A stretch of 24,000 bases of DNA from Myxococcales bacterium. GTDB taxonomy: Bacteria; Myxococcota_A; Polyangia; Polyangiales; Polyangiaceae. Below the pieces are notes generated by a model that saw nothing but the letters and a program-made list of their open reading frames with translations, ran no database searches and was not told the DNA's origin. The stretch is taken from positions 1 through 24,000 of the forward strand of contig JAYTOU010000070.1 in the NCBI GenBank assembly GCA_043747615.1, read 5' to 3'. Below are positions 1 through 7,977 of the stretch, one piece after another (within the stretch, counting starts at the first letter, position 1; each line of letters begins with the position of its first letter). Made by a program: the position numbers and the translations under genes.

Positions 1-21
1 TTCAATTCCCGTTGGGGTCAC
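1..21 (+). repeat. Left copy of a 21-bp direct repeat (candidate att core, within the tRNA 3' end)
   Basis: ttcaattcccgttggggtcac is identical to 11438-11458. The match could extend left of the window. Confidence 0.7.
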
Positions 22-23
22 CA
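1..23 (+). tRNA. 3' end of a tRNA gene; the 5' part and anticodon lie outside the window, so the isotype is undetermined
   Basis: 1-23 parse as TTCAATT (T-loop), CCCGT (T-stem 3' strand), TGGGGTC (acceptor 3' strand), A (discriminator), CCA. Segment lengths match a canonical tRNA 3' half. Confidence 0.55.
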
Positions 24-28
24 TTTCT

Positions 29-60
29 ACTCGGAAAAAGAAGCGGTTTCGTGAGTTTTT
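29..60 (+). terminator. Possible intrinsic terminator after the tRNA
   Basis: Imperfect hairpin ACTCGGAAA (29-37) / TTTCGTGAGT (47-56), with one wobble and one bulge, running into a T5 tract (56-60). Judged by eye only. Confidence 0.3.
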
Positions 61-63
61 GAC

Positions 64-701
64 TCAGCTCACCGCCTGGTGTCCCAAAGATGTCCCAACG
101 GGCGCATCAAGGGCTGCCATGAACTCCCGTCCGCCACCGGGCGAGAGGTGCGAATAGCGCATCTTCATCTGGATCGTGGAGTGGCCTAGCCATTCCTGAA
201 CCTGACGGAGAGGCGCCCCCGACATCACGAGCTGACTGGCGAACGAGTGCCGGCAGTCGTGCCATCGGATCTTGCGTAGCCCTGCCCTGCGGCATGCGCC
301 CCAGAGCCTTTCGTGCAGCTGGTAGATGCTGAGGGGCTTCCCGTCCGGGTTGCAGAAGACGCGAGGGCCTCTCAGGTGCTTCAGCTCCTTTAACGCCCGT
401 TCTAGCTCGGGGGTCGTTGGAACCTTTCGATCCTTGCCGCTCTTCGTGGGCCCTACGATGCCCAGCGACGACGAACGGCGAATGATGACCTTCTTGTTAG
501 TGAAATCGAGATCGCCCCACTCAGGGCGATCTGCTCCCCTGCCCTGGCGCCCGTCCGGAACGCGAAGAGCAAGAGCGCTCGTTCCTCGATGTTGCGCGCC
601 GCACTGATCGCCAAGGCCGACTCTTCGCTGTTGAAGAAGTCCGTCTTGGAGTCCGGGGAGTGGGAGATCCTCACGGCGGTGCCGGCCTTTCCGAAACTGA
701 A
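64..701 (-). pseudogene. Tyrosine recombinase (phage-type integrase), N-terminally truncated and frameshifted
   Basis: One minus frame reads EWGDLDFTNKKVII...RWHDCRHSFASQLVMSGAPLRQVQEWLGHSTIQMKMRYSHLSPGG...HQAVS, with stop at 64-66. It carries the HxxR box and the catalytic Tyr context. The upstream part (DFFNSEESALAISAARNIEERALLLFAFRTGARAGEQIAL, with the Arg-I motif) is in another frame, switching near 520-527. Homology stops near 690-705, where MFS coding begins, so the N-terminal core-binding domain is absent. Confidence 0.8.
78..98 (+). repeat. Two direct TGTCCCAA motifs 11 bp apart (candidate recombinase arm-type sites)
   Basis: TGTCCCAA at 80-87 and 91-98, inside the integrase 3' coding end and about 60 bp from the att core. 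Confidence 0.35.
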
Positions 702-2180
702 GGTGCCGAGCAAGAGTTTCACCTCGCCGCGCGCGCCGCCATCCTGTCGTTCATCGTCGTGTTCGGCGTCACCAAAGCGCTCACGAACTACCTCGCGGGC
801 CGGCTCTCGGATGCGTATGGGCGCAAGGTAATCTTGGTCGGCGGCTGGCTCGTGGCGTGCCCGGTGCCGTTTCTCCTCATGTGGGCGCCCTCGTGGAGCT
901 GGGTACTCTTCGCGAACGTGCTGCTCGGCATGAGCCAAGGGCTCACGTGGTCCACGACGGTCATCATGAAGATCGACCTCGCGGGGCCGCAGAAGCGCGG
1001 GCTTGCGATGGGCCTGAACGAGTTCGCCGGTTACTTCGCCGTGGCGATGTCCGCGCTCGCGACCGGGACCATTGCCTCGACGTTCGGCCTTCGCCCGCAG
1101 CCGTTCTATTTGGGCGTCGTCTTCGTCACGTTCGGTCTCTTGCTGTCCCTCGTCCTCGTGCGCGAGACGAAGCACCACGTCCACCACGAGGCGAAGCTCG
1201 AAGGAGCCTTGCCACCAGGCGGCGTGCCTTCGCAGCGGCAAGTTTTCGCGCTTACCTCGGTGCGCGACAAGAACCTGTCGAGCGTGAGCCAGGCAGGGCT
1301 CGTCAACAACCTGAACGACGGCATGGCGTGGGGACTTTTCCCGATCTTCTTCGCCGCCTCCGGCATGAGCCTCGCTCAGATCGGGTGGCTCGCCGCGATC
1401 TATCCCGGCGTGTGGGGAATGGGGCAGCTCTTCACTGGAGCGCTCTCCGACAAGATCGGACGCAAGTGGCTCATCGTGACGGGGATGTGGGTACAGGCGA
1501 TCGGCATCGTCGTGACGGTGCTCTCCAAGATGTTCTTGGACTTCGCCGTGGGCGGTGTGCTCCTCGGCCTGGGGACCGCGATGGTGTACCCGACGCTGCT
1601 CGCCGCGATTGGCGATGTCGCTCACCCAACGTGGCGCGCGTCGACGGTCGGCGTGTACCGGCTCTGGCGCGATCTCGGTTACGCGATCGGCGCTCTGCTC
1701 GCCGGTGTCGTCGCCGATGCGCTCGGGCTCCGCGCCGCGATCTGGGCCATCGCTGCGCTCACCTTCGGCTCGGGACTCGTGGCGGCCTTCCGTATGAAAG
1801 AGACGTTGGGGGCACGGCGGACGGGCGCGAAGCTCGTGCCCGAGCCAGCTTGTATCACGGTGGATGATCTGGACTCGCTCATGGGGAAGCGTGAGGCTGT
1901 GTTCGTCGTCGACGTGCGCTCCCCCGAGGAGTTTGCCGCCGCCCATGTGTCGAGCGCGACGAACATCCCGCTGCAGACGCTCGAAGCGAATGCAGGCACT
2001 CTCCCGCTCGACGCGCTCGTGGTCACGGTTTGCGGCAAGGGTGGCGGGCGGTCCGAGAGCGCCGCCAAGTTGCTCCGCCAACGCGGTTTTCAAACAGCGC
2101 TATCGCTATGCGGCGGGACGAACGCCTGGATGACGGCGCATAGCGAGAAAACGACTGGTCTTCTAACGACGCCACCATGA
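660..2180 (+). CDS. MFS transporter fused to a C-terminal rhodanese domain; appears to lack the first transmembrane helix (5'-truncated)
   Basis: Motif A ([10 protein letters not shown]) follows the first visible TM helix, so that helix is TM2; I count 11 TM segments. The C-terminal ~120 aa are rhodanese-like with the active loop CGKGGGR. Recognisable MFS sequence begins around 705 ([16 protein letters not shown]). The GTG at 660 is only the first in-frame start, and it overlaps integrase remnant sequence. Confidence 0.75.
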   Translation: MGDPHGGAGLSETEGAEQEFHLAARAAILSFIVVFGVTKALTNYLAGRLSDAYGRKVILVGGWLVACPVPFLLMWAPSWSWVLFANVLLGMSQGLTWSTTVIMKIDLAGPQKRGLAMGLNEFAGYFAVAMSALATGTIASTFGLRPQPFYLGVVFVTFGLLLSLVLVRETKHHVHHEAKLEGALPPGGVPSQRQVFALTSVRDKNLSSVSQAGLVNNLNDGMAWGLFPIFFAASGMSLAQIGWLAAIYPGVWGMGQLFTGALSDKIGRKWLIVTGMWVQAIGIVVTVLSKMFLDFAVGGVLLGLGTAMVYPTLLAAIGDVAHPTWRASTVGVYRLWRDLGYAIGALLAGVVADALGLRAAIWAIAALTFGSGLVAAFRMKETLGARRTGAKLVPEPACITVDDLDSLMGKREAVFVVDVRSPEEFAAAHVSSATNIPLQTLEANAGTLPLDALVVTVCGKGGGRSESAAKLLRQRGFQTALSLCGGTNAWMTAHSEKTTGLLTTPP

Positions 2181-3192
2181 TCTACCTCGACTACAACGCC
2201 ACGACGCCGCTGCTCCCCGAGGTCATCGCCGCGATGGATCCGTATTTGCGCGAGCATTTCGGCAATCCATCGAGCAGTCATGTCTACGGACAGCGGGCGC
2301 GCGGGGCGATCGATGTCGCGCGGTCTCAAGTCGCGGAGCTCCTCGGCTGCGAGCCCGACGAGGTGATCTTCACGTCGGGCGGGACCGAAGCTAACAACCT
2401 CGCGATTCGCGGGGTCGCCGAAGCGAGCGAAGGGAAGCGCCACATCGTCACCTCGACCATCGAGCACCCGGCGACGGCGGCCCCGTGATCGTGCACGCGA
2501 ACAACGAGACCGGGACGATGCAGCCCATCGCCGAGCTCGCCGGTATCGCACGCGAGCGTGGCTGTCTGGTCCACACGGATGCCGCGCAGTCGGTTGGCAA
2601 GGTGCGGACGAAGGTGCGCGAGCTTGGCGTAGACCTGCTCTCCGTCGCCGGGCACAAACTCTACGCGCCGAAGGGTGTCGGTGCGCTGTACGTACGCAGG
2701 GGAACCCCGCTGCGACCGTTCGTTCTTGGAGCCGGGCACGAGCGCGGTCTGCGGCCGGGCACCGAGAACGTGGCTTCGATCGTCGCTCTTGGAGTCGCCT
2801 GCGAGCTTGCCGGGAAGCGTCTCTCCGTATCGGGCGACGCCGTACGCGCTCTCCGCGATCGACTCTGGGCTCGCCTCCTTGCAGTCGTCCCTGGGCTCGC
2901 GTTGAACGGGCACGAGACCGAGCGACTGCCGAACACGTTGAATGTGCGTTTTCCCGGAGTGACCGGGAGCGCGGTGCTCGGCTCGGCGCCCGAGGTTGCC
3001 GCTTCGACGGGCTCGGCGTGCCACGAGGGCGGTCGCGAGAGGGCTTCGTCGGTGTTGCTCGAGATGGGGCTGCGGCCTGATGAAGCCCTCGGATCCGTCC
3101 GTCTCTCTTTGGGGGTGGCGACGACGACGCAGGACGTGGACGACGCTGCCGACGTGCTCACGCGGGGATGGCGAGCATTGGGATCATCCTAA
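2177..3192 (+). pseudogene. NifS/IscS-family cysteine desulfurase or selenocysteine lyase, disrupted by an internal deletion plus frameshift
   Basis: ORF 2177-2488 (YLDYNATTP...[13 protein letters not shown]...TSTIEHPA) and ORF 2485-3192 (VHANNETGT...SVAGHKLYAPKG with the PLP Lys...STGSACHEG with the active Cys) are in different frames. Compared with E. coli IscS recalled from memory, roughly 40 residues between EH(K/P)A and HxNNE are missing, at about 2470-2490. The ATG at 2177 overlaps the MFS stop (ATGA). Confidence 0.75.
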
Positions 3193-3223
3193 TGCGATGA
3201 GTGGACGGCACGTGGATCGTCGC

Positions 3224-4480
3224 TCACTTGCGCAGCGCGCACGTACGAAAGCCGGCCAAGACGTCCCGACGATCCGGTGGGTAGAAGTTGCGCCAGGTAT
3301 TCCGGAGCAGCCGCGCGCGCGTCGCCCAACAACCGCCGCGCAGCACCTTGTGGGGCGTCGCGAACCACGGCTCCGAGTACTCCCGGTAAGGATCGACGAT
3401 GAAGCCCTGATAAGGTCCGAAATCAGTCGCCGTCCACTCCCACGTGTTGCCGATCATCTGTCGGCAGCCGAACGCGCTGTCTCCGGCGGCAAACGCGCCG
3501 ACGTCCACGGGCCCACCGCAGCGGCCATCCAGGTTCGCGTTCGCTTCGGACGGCACGGCCTCACCCCACGGGAAAGGGCGCTTTTCGTCCGTCGACGCAG
3601 CGAGCTCCCACTCCGCCTCCGTCGGCAGTCGGCGCTGTGCCCAACGACAATAGGCTTCCGCCTCGAACCAACACACGTGCACGATCGGCTGGTGCGGCGG
3701 CAGCGGCTCGCGCTTGTCGTAACGGCGCACGTCGAAACCGCCGTCGCCGAGCGGACGCCAGTACACGGGATGGTGTGCGCCGTTTCGCGTGCGCCAGTTC
3801 CACCCGGCATCCGTCCACAGCTCACGCCGAGCGTAGCCCCGTGCCTGGACAAACTTCAGGAACTCCTCGTTGGTGACGGCCGCGCGCGCGATTCGAAACG
3901 TCGGTACGTCGACCGGATGCGCCCACTTCTCGTTGTCGAATACGAACGATTCGCGAGGGGTCGCACCGAGCTGGTACCGGCAACCCCGCACCTCGACGTC
4001 GCCCGGAAGCGCCCCTCCGGCGACGGCGAGCGTAGTGACACCCGCGTGCACGAATGTCGGTGCCGGGTAGGCGAGGGTCTGGCGCGTGTATGTCAAGGCC
4101 TCGTCGTGCATGTCCTCGTGGAACAGCGCGAGTCGATGAAAATAGGGATCTTCAACGTCTCGGTCCGTCTCGCAGCATCGTTCGAAGACCTCGGCCATGT
4201 ACGCGAGGGTGGCCTGACGATCTGGAAGCGTCAGGTCCCAGCGCGTGTCGTGCGGGACGCGAGCGGAGTCGTAGAGCGCGTCCCCATCCGAGCGGATCGG
4301 CGACACACCGCGCGCATGCCGCAGCGCCCATTGTTCTTGGAACCAGGCAACGTGCCCGAGCTCCCAGCGGAGCGGATTGACGATCGCCAGACGGGGCCCG
4401 AGCCATTGCTCGTCGGTGAGGTCGAGCGCCAGGCCAAGCGTCCGCGCCCGCGAGTCCTTCAGGTCATCGATAATTCCCAT
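3224..4480 (-). CDS. senA: EgtB-like sulfoxide/selenoxide synthase (DinB-like plus FGE-sulfatase-type domains); candidate selenoneine synthase SenA
   Basis: N-terminal DinB-like part carries the three-His iron site (WELGHVAWFQE; FHEDMHDE). The C-terminal part is FGE-sulfatase-like (GNTWEWT, RGGCWAT). The SenA call rests on context with SenB-like and SelD genes. I prefer the ATG at 4480 (MGIIDDL) over the GTG at 4507, which would leave 5 bp to the senB start. Confidence 0.75.
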   Translation of the reverse strand: MGIIDDLKDSRARTLGLALDLTDEQWLGPRLAIVNPLRWELGHVAWFQEQWALRHARGVSPIRSDGDALYDSARVPHDTRWDLTLPDRQATLAYMAEVFERCCETDRDVEDPYFHRLALFHEDMHDEALTYTRQTLAYPAPTFVHAGVTTLAVAGGALPGDVEVRGCRYQLGATPRESFVFDNEKWAHPVDVPTFRIARAAVTNEEFLKFVQARGYARRELWTDAGWNWRTRNGAHHPVYWRPLGDGGFDVRRYDKREPLPPHQPIVHVCWFEAEAYCRWAQRRLPTEAEWELAASTDEKRPFPWGEAVPSEANANLDGRCGGPVDVGAFAAGDSAFGCRQMIGNTWEWTATDFGPYQGFIVDPYREYSEPWFATPHKVLRGGCWATRARLLRNTWRNFYPPDRRDVLAGFRTCALRK

Positions 4481-4512
4481 GCGACGCTCTCGCAATCTAC
4501 ACTCCACCGCGC

Positions 4513-5514
4513 ATGAATGTCGTCTTCGTATGCAAGGCCCCGCGGGGCTCGCGCCTGGGGAACCGCATCACCGCGCTTCGCTGGAAGAAGCTGGTGGAGG
4601 AGCTCGGACACCGCGTGGTGATCACCTCGTCCCTCCCCCGCGGCCCGTACGACGTCCTCGTCGCACTGCATGCCCGTCTCGCGGCGGGCGCCGTCGCGTG
4701 GTCGCGCGCGAACCACGCCTCGCGCCCCATCGTCGTCGCCTTGACCGGAACGGACCTCTATCGCGACATTCACCACGACGCCGAGGCGAAGGAATCGCTC
4801 GCGCTCGCGGATCGTCTCATCGTCTTGCACGAGCTTGCGCCTCTCGACGTCCCAAGGCCCTTCCGAAGCAAGACGCGCGTCATTCGTCAATCGGCGCCGC
4901 CCGCGCCACGCCAAACGTCTGGCGGCGCAAAAGAGCGCGACGCCTTCGAGGTCGCATTCGTCGCCCACCTGCGCGCCGAGAAGGATCCCATGCGCGTTGC
5001 CGCCGCCGTTCGCTTGCTGCCGGCGGCGTCGCGCGTGCGCGTTCGGCATGTCGGCCGCGCGCTCAGCGAAGAACTGGACCGGCAGGCAACGAAGGAGACG
5101 AAAACGAACGCGCGGTACGCTTGGCTCGGCGAGGTCTCCCCGGCGCGCGCCCGCCACCTGATCGCGCGGTCGCACGTGCTCGTCCTCACGAGCATCATGG
5201 AGGGCGGGGCGAACGTCCTCGGCGAGGCAATCGTCGCCGGAACACCGCCGATCACGTCGCGCATCCCCGCCGCCGTCGCGGCGCTCGGCGCGAAGTACCC
5301 TGGTTTTTTCCCGGTTGGCGACACGCGAGCGCTCGCGCGCATGCTGTCGCGCGCGGAACGCGAACCTGCGTTCCTCGCCGAGCTACGGCGGCAGACCCGC
5401 GCCCGCCGCCATCTCTTCACGGCGAAGGCGGAGAGAAGCGCATGGCGTTCGCTGCTCGAAGAGCTCGCGCCGCCCGCTCGGGCGCGACGCGGCGAACCTC
5501 ACCCGATAGGATGA
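4513..5514 (+). CDS. senB: GT-B-type glycosyltransferase; candidate selenosugar synthase SenB
   Basis: 333 aa with a C-terminal GT4-like nucleotide-sugar binding stretch (LTSIMEGGANVLGEAIVAGTPPITSRIP). It is divergent from and adjacent to the EgtB-like gene, with SelD nearby. Assignment is by context and fold-level resemblance; no search was run. Confidence 0.65.
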   Translation: MNVVFVCKAPRGSRLGNRITALRWKKLVEELGHRVVITSSLPRGPYDVLVALHARLAAGAVAWSRANHASRPIVVALTGTDLYRDIHHDAEAKESLALADRLIVLHELAPLDVPRPFRSKTRVIRQSAPPAPRQTSGGAKERDAFEVAFVAHLRAEKDPMRVAAAVRLLPAASRVRVRHVGRALSEELDRQATKETKTNARYAWLGEVSPARARHLIARSHVLVLTSIMEGGANVLGEAIVAGTPPITSRIPAAVAALGAKYPGFFPVGDTRALARMLSRAEREPAFLAELRRQTRARRHLFTAKAERSAWRSLLEELAPPARARRGEPHPIG

Positions 5515-5518
5515 TGAG

Positions 5519-6898
5519 ATGAGCAAGCACTACGACGCAATCGTCATCGGCACAGGTCAGGCAGGTCCGTCGCTCGCCGTACGTCTGGCAAGCGCGGGAC
5601 GAAAGACCGCGATCCTCGAGCGAAAGCGGTTCGGCGGCACATGCGTCAACGTCGGGTGCATCCCCAGCAAGACCTTGATCGCCAGCGCGCGCACCGCTCA
5701 TGTCGCCAGGCGCGCCGCGGACTACGGCGTGATCGTCGAAGGCGGGGTCACTGTCGACATGAAACGCGTGAAGGCGCGCAAGGACGCTGTGGTCCAGCGG
5801 TCGAACGAGGGCGTCACGCGCTGGCTCCGGAATACGGCGAACCTCACGGTGATCGAGGGGCACGGCCGATTCGAAGGCCCCCACGTCATCCGCGTGAACG
5901 ACGACGTCCTCGAGGCCCCTCAGGTCTTCATCAACGTCGGTGCGCGCCCGATGGTGCCCGACCTTCCGGGGCTCGACGGGGTGCCGTTTCTCACGAGCTC
6001 CTCGATCATGGATGTCGACTTCGTCCCCGAGCATCTGATCATCATCGGAGGCAGCTACATCGGCCTCGAGTTTGCTCAGATGTATCGCCGCTTCGGCAGT
6101 CGAGTGACGGTGATCGAGAAGGGACCGCGGATCGCGGCGCGCGAGGACGAGGACGTTTCAACCGAGATCAAGAGTATTCTCGAGGCCGAAGAGATCGCGT
6201 TCAAGTTGAACGCGCAGTGCTTGAAGTTCGGCCGGCGCGGAGACGGGGTGGTCGTGTCGGTGAGCTGCGACGGAACGCTCGACGAGATCGCGGGCTCGCA
6301 TCTCCTCGTAGCCGTTGGGCGGGTGCCAAACACCGCCGACCTTGGGCTCGACGCCGCGGACGTCGCCGTGGATGCGCACGGCTTCGTCGTCGTCGACGAC
6401 GAGCTCCGCACGAGCGTCCCCGGGGTATGGGCCCTCGGAGACGCGAACGGTCGCGGCGCGTTCACGCACACGTCTTACAACGACTATGAGATCGTCGCCG
6501 CGAACTTGCTCGATGGTGGCTCACGCCGCGTGAGTGATCGCATCCCGGCCTACGCGCTCTTCGTCGACCCGCCGCTCGGCCGCGCAGGGCTGACCGAGCG
6601 CGACGTGCGCGCCTCCGGCCAGAAAGCGCTGATCGGGAAGATGATGATGGCGCGCGTCGGTCGGGCGCAGGAGCGCGGCGAGACTCTGGGCTTCATGAAA
6701 GTGATCGTCGACGCAGAGAGCCGCAAGATCCTGGGCGCGTCCCTACTCGGGATCGAAGCGGACGAGGTCATCCACGCGCTCCTCGACGTGATGTACGCTG
6801 GCGGCACCTGCGACCTCATCACGCGGGCAATGCACATCCATCCGACGGTCTCGGAGCTGATCCCGACCCTACTCGGCGATCTGAAGCCGCTGGAGTGA
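5519..6898 (+). CDS. Class I FAD-dependent pyridine nucleotide-disulfide oxidoreductase (mercuric/glutathione/lipoamide reductase-like)
   Basis: GTGQAG dinucleotide-binding motif, redox-active GGTCVNVGCIPSK, second Rossmann motif IIGGSYIGLEFA, and C-terminal HPTVSE His-Glu dyad. It has no C-terminal Cys pair and no N-terminal metal-binding domain, so it is not a bona fide MerA. It starts 4 nt after the senB stop, with AGGA 7 nt upstream. Confidence 0.85.
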   Translation: MSKHYDAIVIGTGQAGPSLAVRLASAGRKTAILERKRFGGTCVNVGCIPSKTLIASARTAHVARRAADYGVIVEGGVTVDMKRVKARKDAVVQRSNEGVTRWLRNTANLTVIEGHGRFEGPHVIRVNDDVLEAPQVFINVGARPMVPDLPGLDGVPFLTSSSIMDVDFVPEHLIIIGGSYIGLEFAQMYRRFGSRVTVIEKGPRIAAREDEDVSTEIKSILEAEEIAFKLNAQCLKFGRRGDGVVVSVSCDGTLDEIAGSHLLVAVGRVPNTADLGLDAADVAVDAHGFVVVDDELRTSVPGVWALGDANGRGAFTHTSYNDYEIVAANLLDGGSRRVSDRIPAYALFVDPPLGRAGLTERDVRASGQKALIGKMMMARVGRAQERGETLGFMKVIVDAESRKILGASLLGIEADEVIHALLDVMYAGGTCDLITRAMHIHPTVSELIPTLLGDLKPLE

Positions 6899-6906
6899 TC
6901 GAAATT

Positions 6907-7950
6907 TCAGCGATCGACCACGTGGATGTGGCCGACGCGCCCGGCGGCGAGCGTTCCGATGATCGCCGCGCAGGGTGTTCCGCGGGAGCGCAGCTCGCCA
7001 ATGAGCTTGTCCGCCTCGTCGGGCGAGACGGCGATCAGCAAACCGCCTGAAGTCTGAGCATCGCTGAGGACGAGCTGCGACTCCTTGTCGATCCCGGTCG
7101 CGTACTCGACCGAGTCGCTCAGGAAGCGCCAGTTTGCGTGGGTGCCCCCCGGCGCGATCCCTTCGCGGACATAGGTCCAGGCCGCGTCGATCACGGGCAC
7201 GTCCTCGAGGCGCACGGTCGCGCTGCATCCGCTCGCCCTGACGATGTTGCGCAGGTGGCCGAGGAGACCGAAACCGGTGATGTCGGTGCAGGCGTGCACG
7301 GACACCGTGGCCATCGCCTCTGCTGCCGCGCGGTTCAGCATGCTCATGAGACGGATCGCCTCGCCGATGGCGTGCGCAGCATCGCGATCTTGCTTTGCCG
7401 CGGTGGTCACGATTCCAATGCCGATCGGCTTCGTGAGGACGAGGACGTCACCCGGAAGACCACCGGCGTTCGAGGCGATCTTCTTGGGATGCACCATGCC
7501 GGTCACTGCGAGCCCGTAGATGGGTTCGTCGGTCTTGATCGTGTGACCACCGACGATGTCGATCCCGGCCTCCCGTGCCTTCTCCGCGCCGCCGCGCAAA
7601 ATCTCGCCGAGCACCGACACGTCGAGCTCGGATTCCGGGAAGCCGACGAGGTTGAGCGCGGCGATGGGCCAGCCGCCCATGGCGTAAACGTCGCTGAGCG
7701 CGTTCGCCGCGGCCACTGCCCCGAACTCGTACGGATCGTCCACGACGGGCGTGAAGAAATCCGTGGTCAAGACGAGAGCTCGCTCGTCATCGATGCGATA
7801 GACCGCGGCGTCATCGCCGGTCGCGCTCCCGACGAGCACGTTCGGATCGGTGACGGGCGGTAGTCTGCTGAGCAGCGGAAAGAGGTAGCCGGGCGGATGT
7901 TTTGCGGCGCAACCAGCGCGCTTGGCAATCTGCGTGAGGCGAACGGACAT
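6907..7950 (-). CDS. selD: Selenide, water dikinase (selenophosphate synthetase), Cys-type; SenC role in a sen cluster
   Basis: N-terminal glycine-rich loop AGCAAK, with the Cys encoded by TGC rather than TGA. AIR-synthase-like core (DDAAVY, DFFTP, GGHTI, TDITGFGLLGH). AGGAGA Shine-Dalgarno sequence 5-6 nt upstream of the ATG. Confidence 0.9.
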   Translation of the reverse strand: MSVRLTQIAKRAGCAAKHPPGYLFPLLSRLPPVTDPNVLVGSATGDDAAVYRIDDERALVLTTDFFTPVVDDPYEFGAVAAANALSDVYAMGGWPIAALNLVGFPESELDVSVLGEILRGGAEKAREAGIDIVGGHTIKTDEPIYGLAVTGMVHPKKIASNAGGLPGDVLVLTKPIGIGIVTTAAKQDRDAAHAIGEAIRLMSMLNRAAAEAMATVSVHACTDITGFGLLGHLRNIVRASGCSATVRLEDVPVIDAAWTYVREGIAPGGTHANWRFLSDSVEYATGIDKESQLVLSDAQTSGGLLIAVSPDEADKLIGELRSRGTPCAAIIGTLAAGRVGHIHVVDR

Positions 7951-7977
7951 CGCATTCTCCTGTGGGTGATCAGTAAG

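Noticed and set aside
107-295. 62-aa minus-strand ORF
   Set aside because: It is an alternative frame of the integrase C-terminal region. The adjacent frame gives a textbook tyrosine recombinase catalytic motif.
453-2093. 546-aa ORF on the minus strand
   Set aside because: It is antisense to the MFS-rhodanese gene. Its Arg/His/Glu/Pro-rich low-complexity translation is typical of off-strand reading in GC-rich DNA. Only its last ~80 residues (the integrase remnant) are meaningful.
2996-4516. 506-aa plus-strand ORF
   Set aside because: It is antisense to the EgtB-like gene. It is Arg-rich with no recognisable domain, whereas the opposite strand gives a clear DinB/FGE-fold protein.
4377-5522. 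381-aa plus-strand ORF
   Set aside because: It is an alternative frame overlapping senB. Its extreme Arg/Pro/Ala composition contrasts with the glycosyltransferase-like sequence in the senB frame.
6899-6906. gaaatttc 8-bp palindrome between the convergent oxidoreductase and selD genes as a terminator
   Set aside because: It is too short, AT-only, and has no stem-loop plus U-tract structure.
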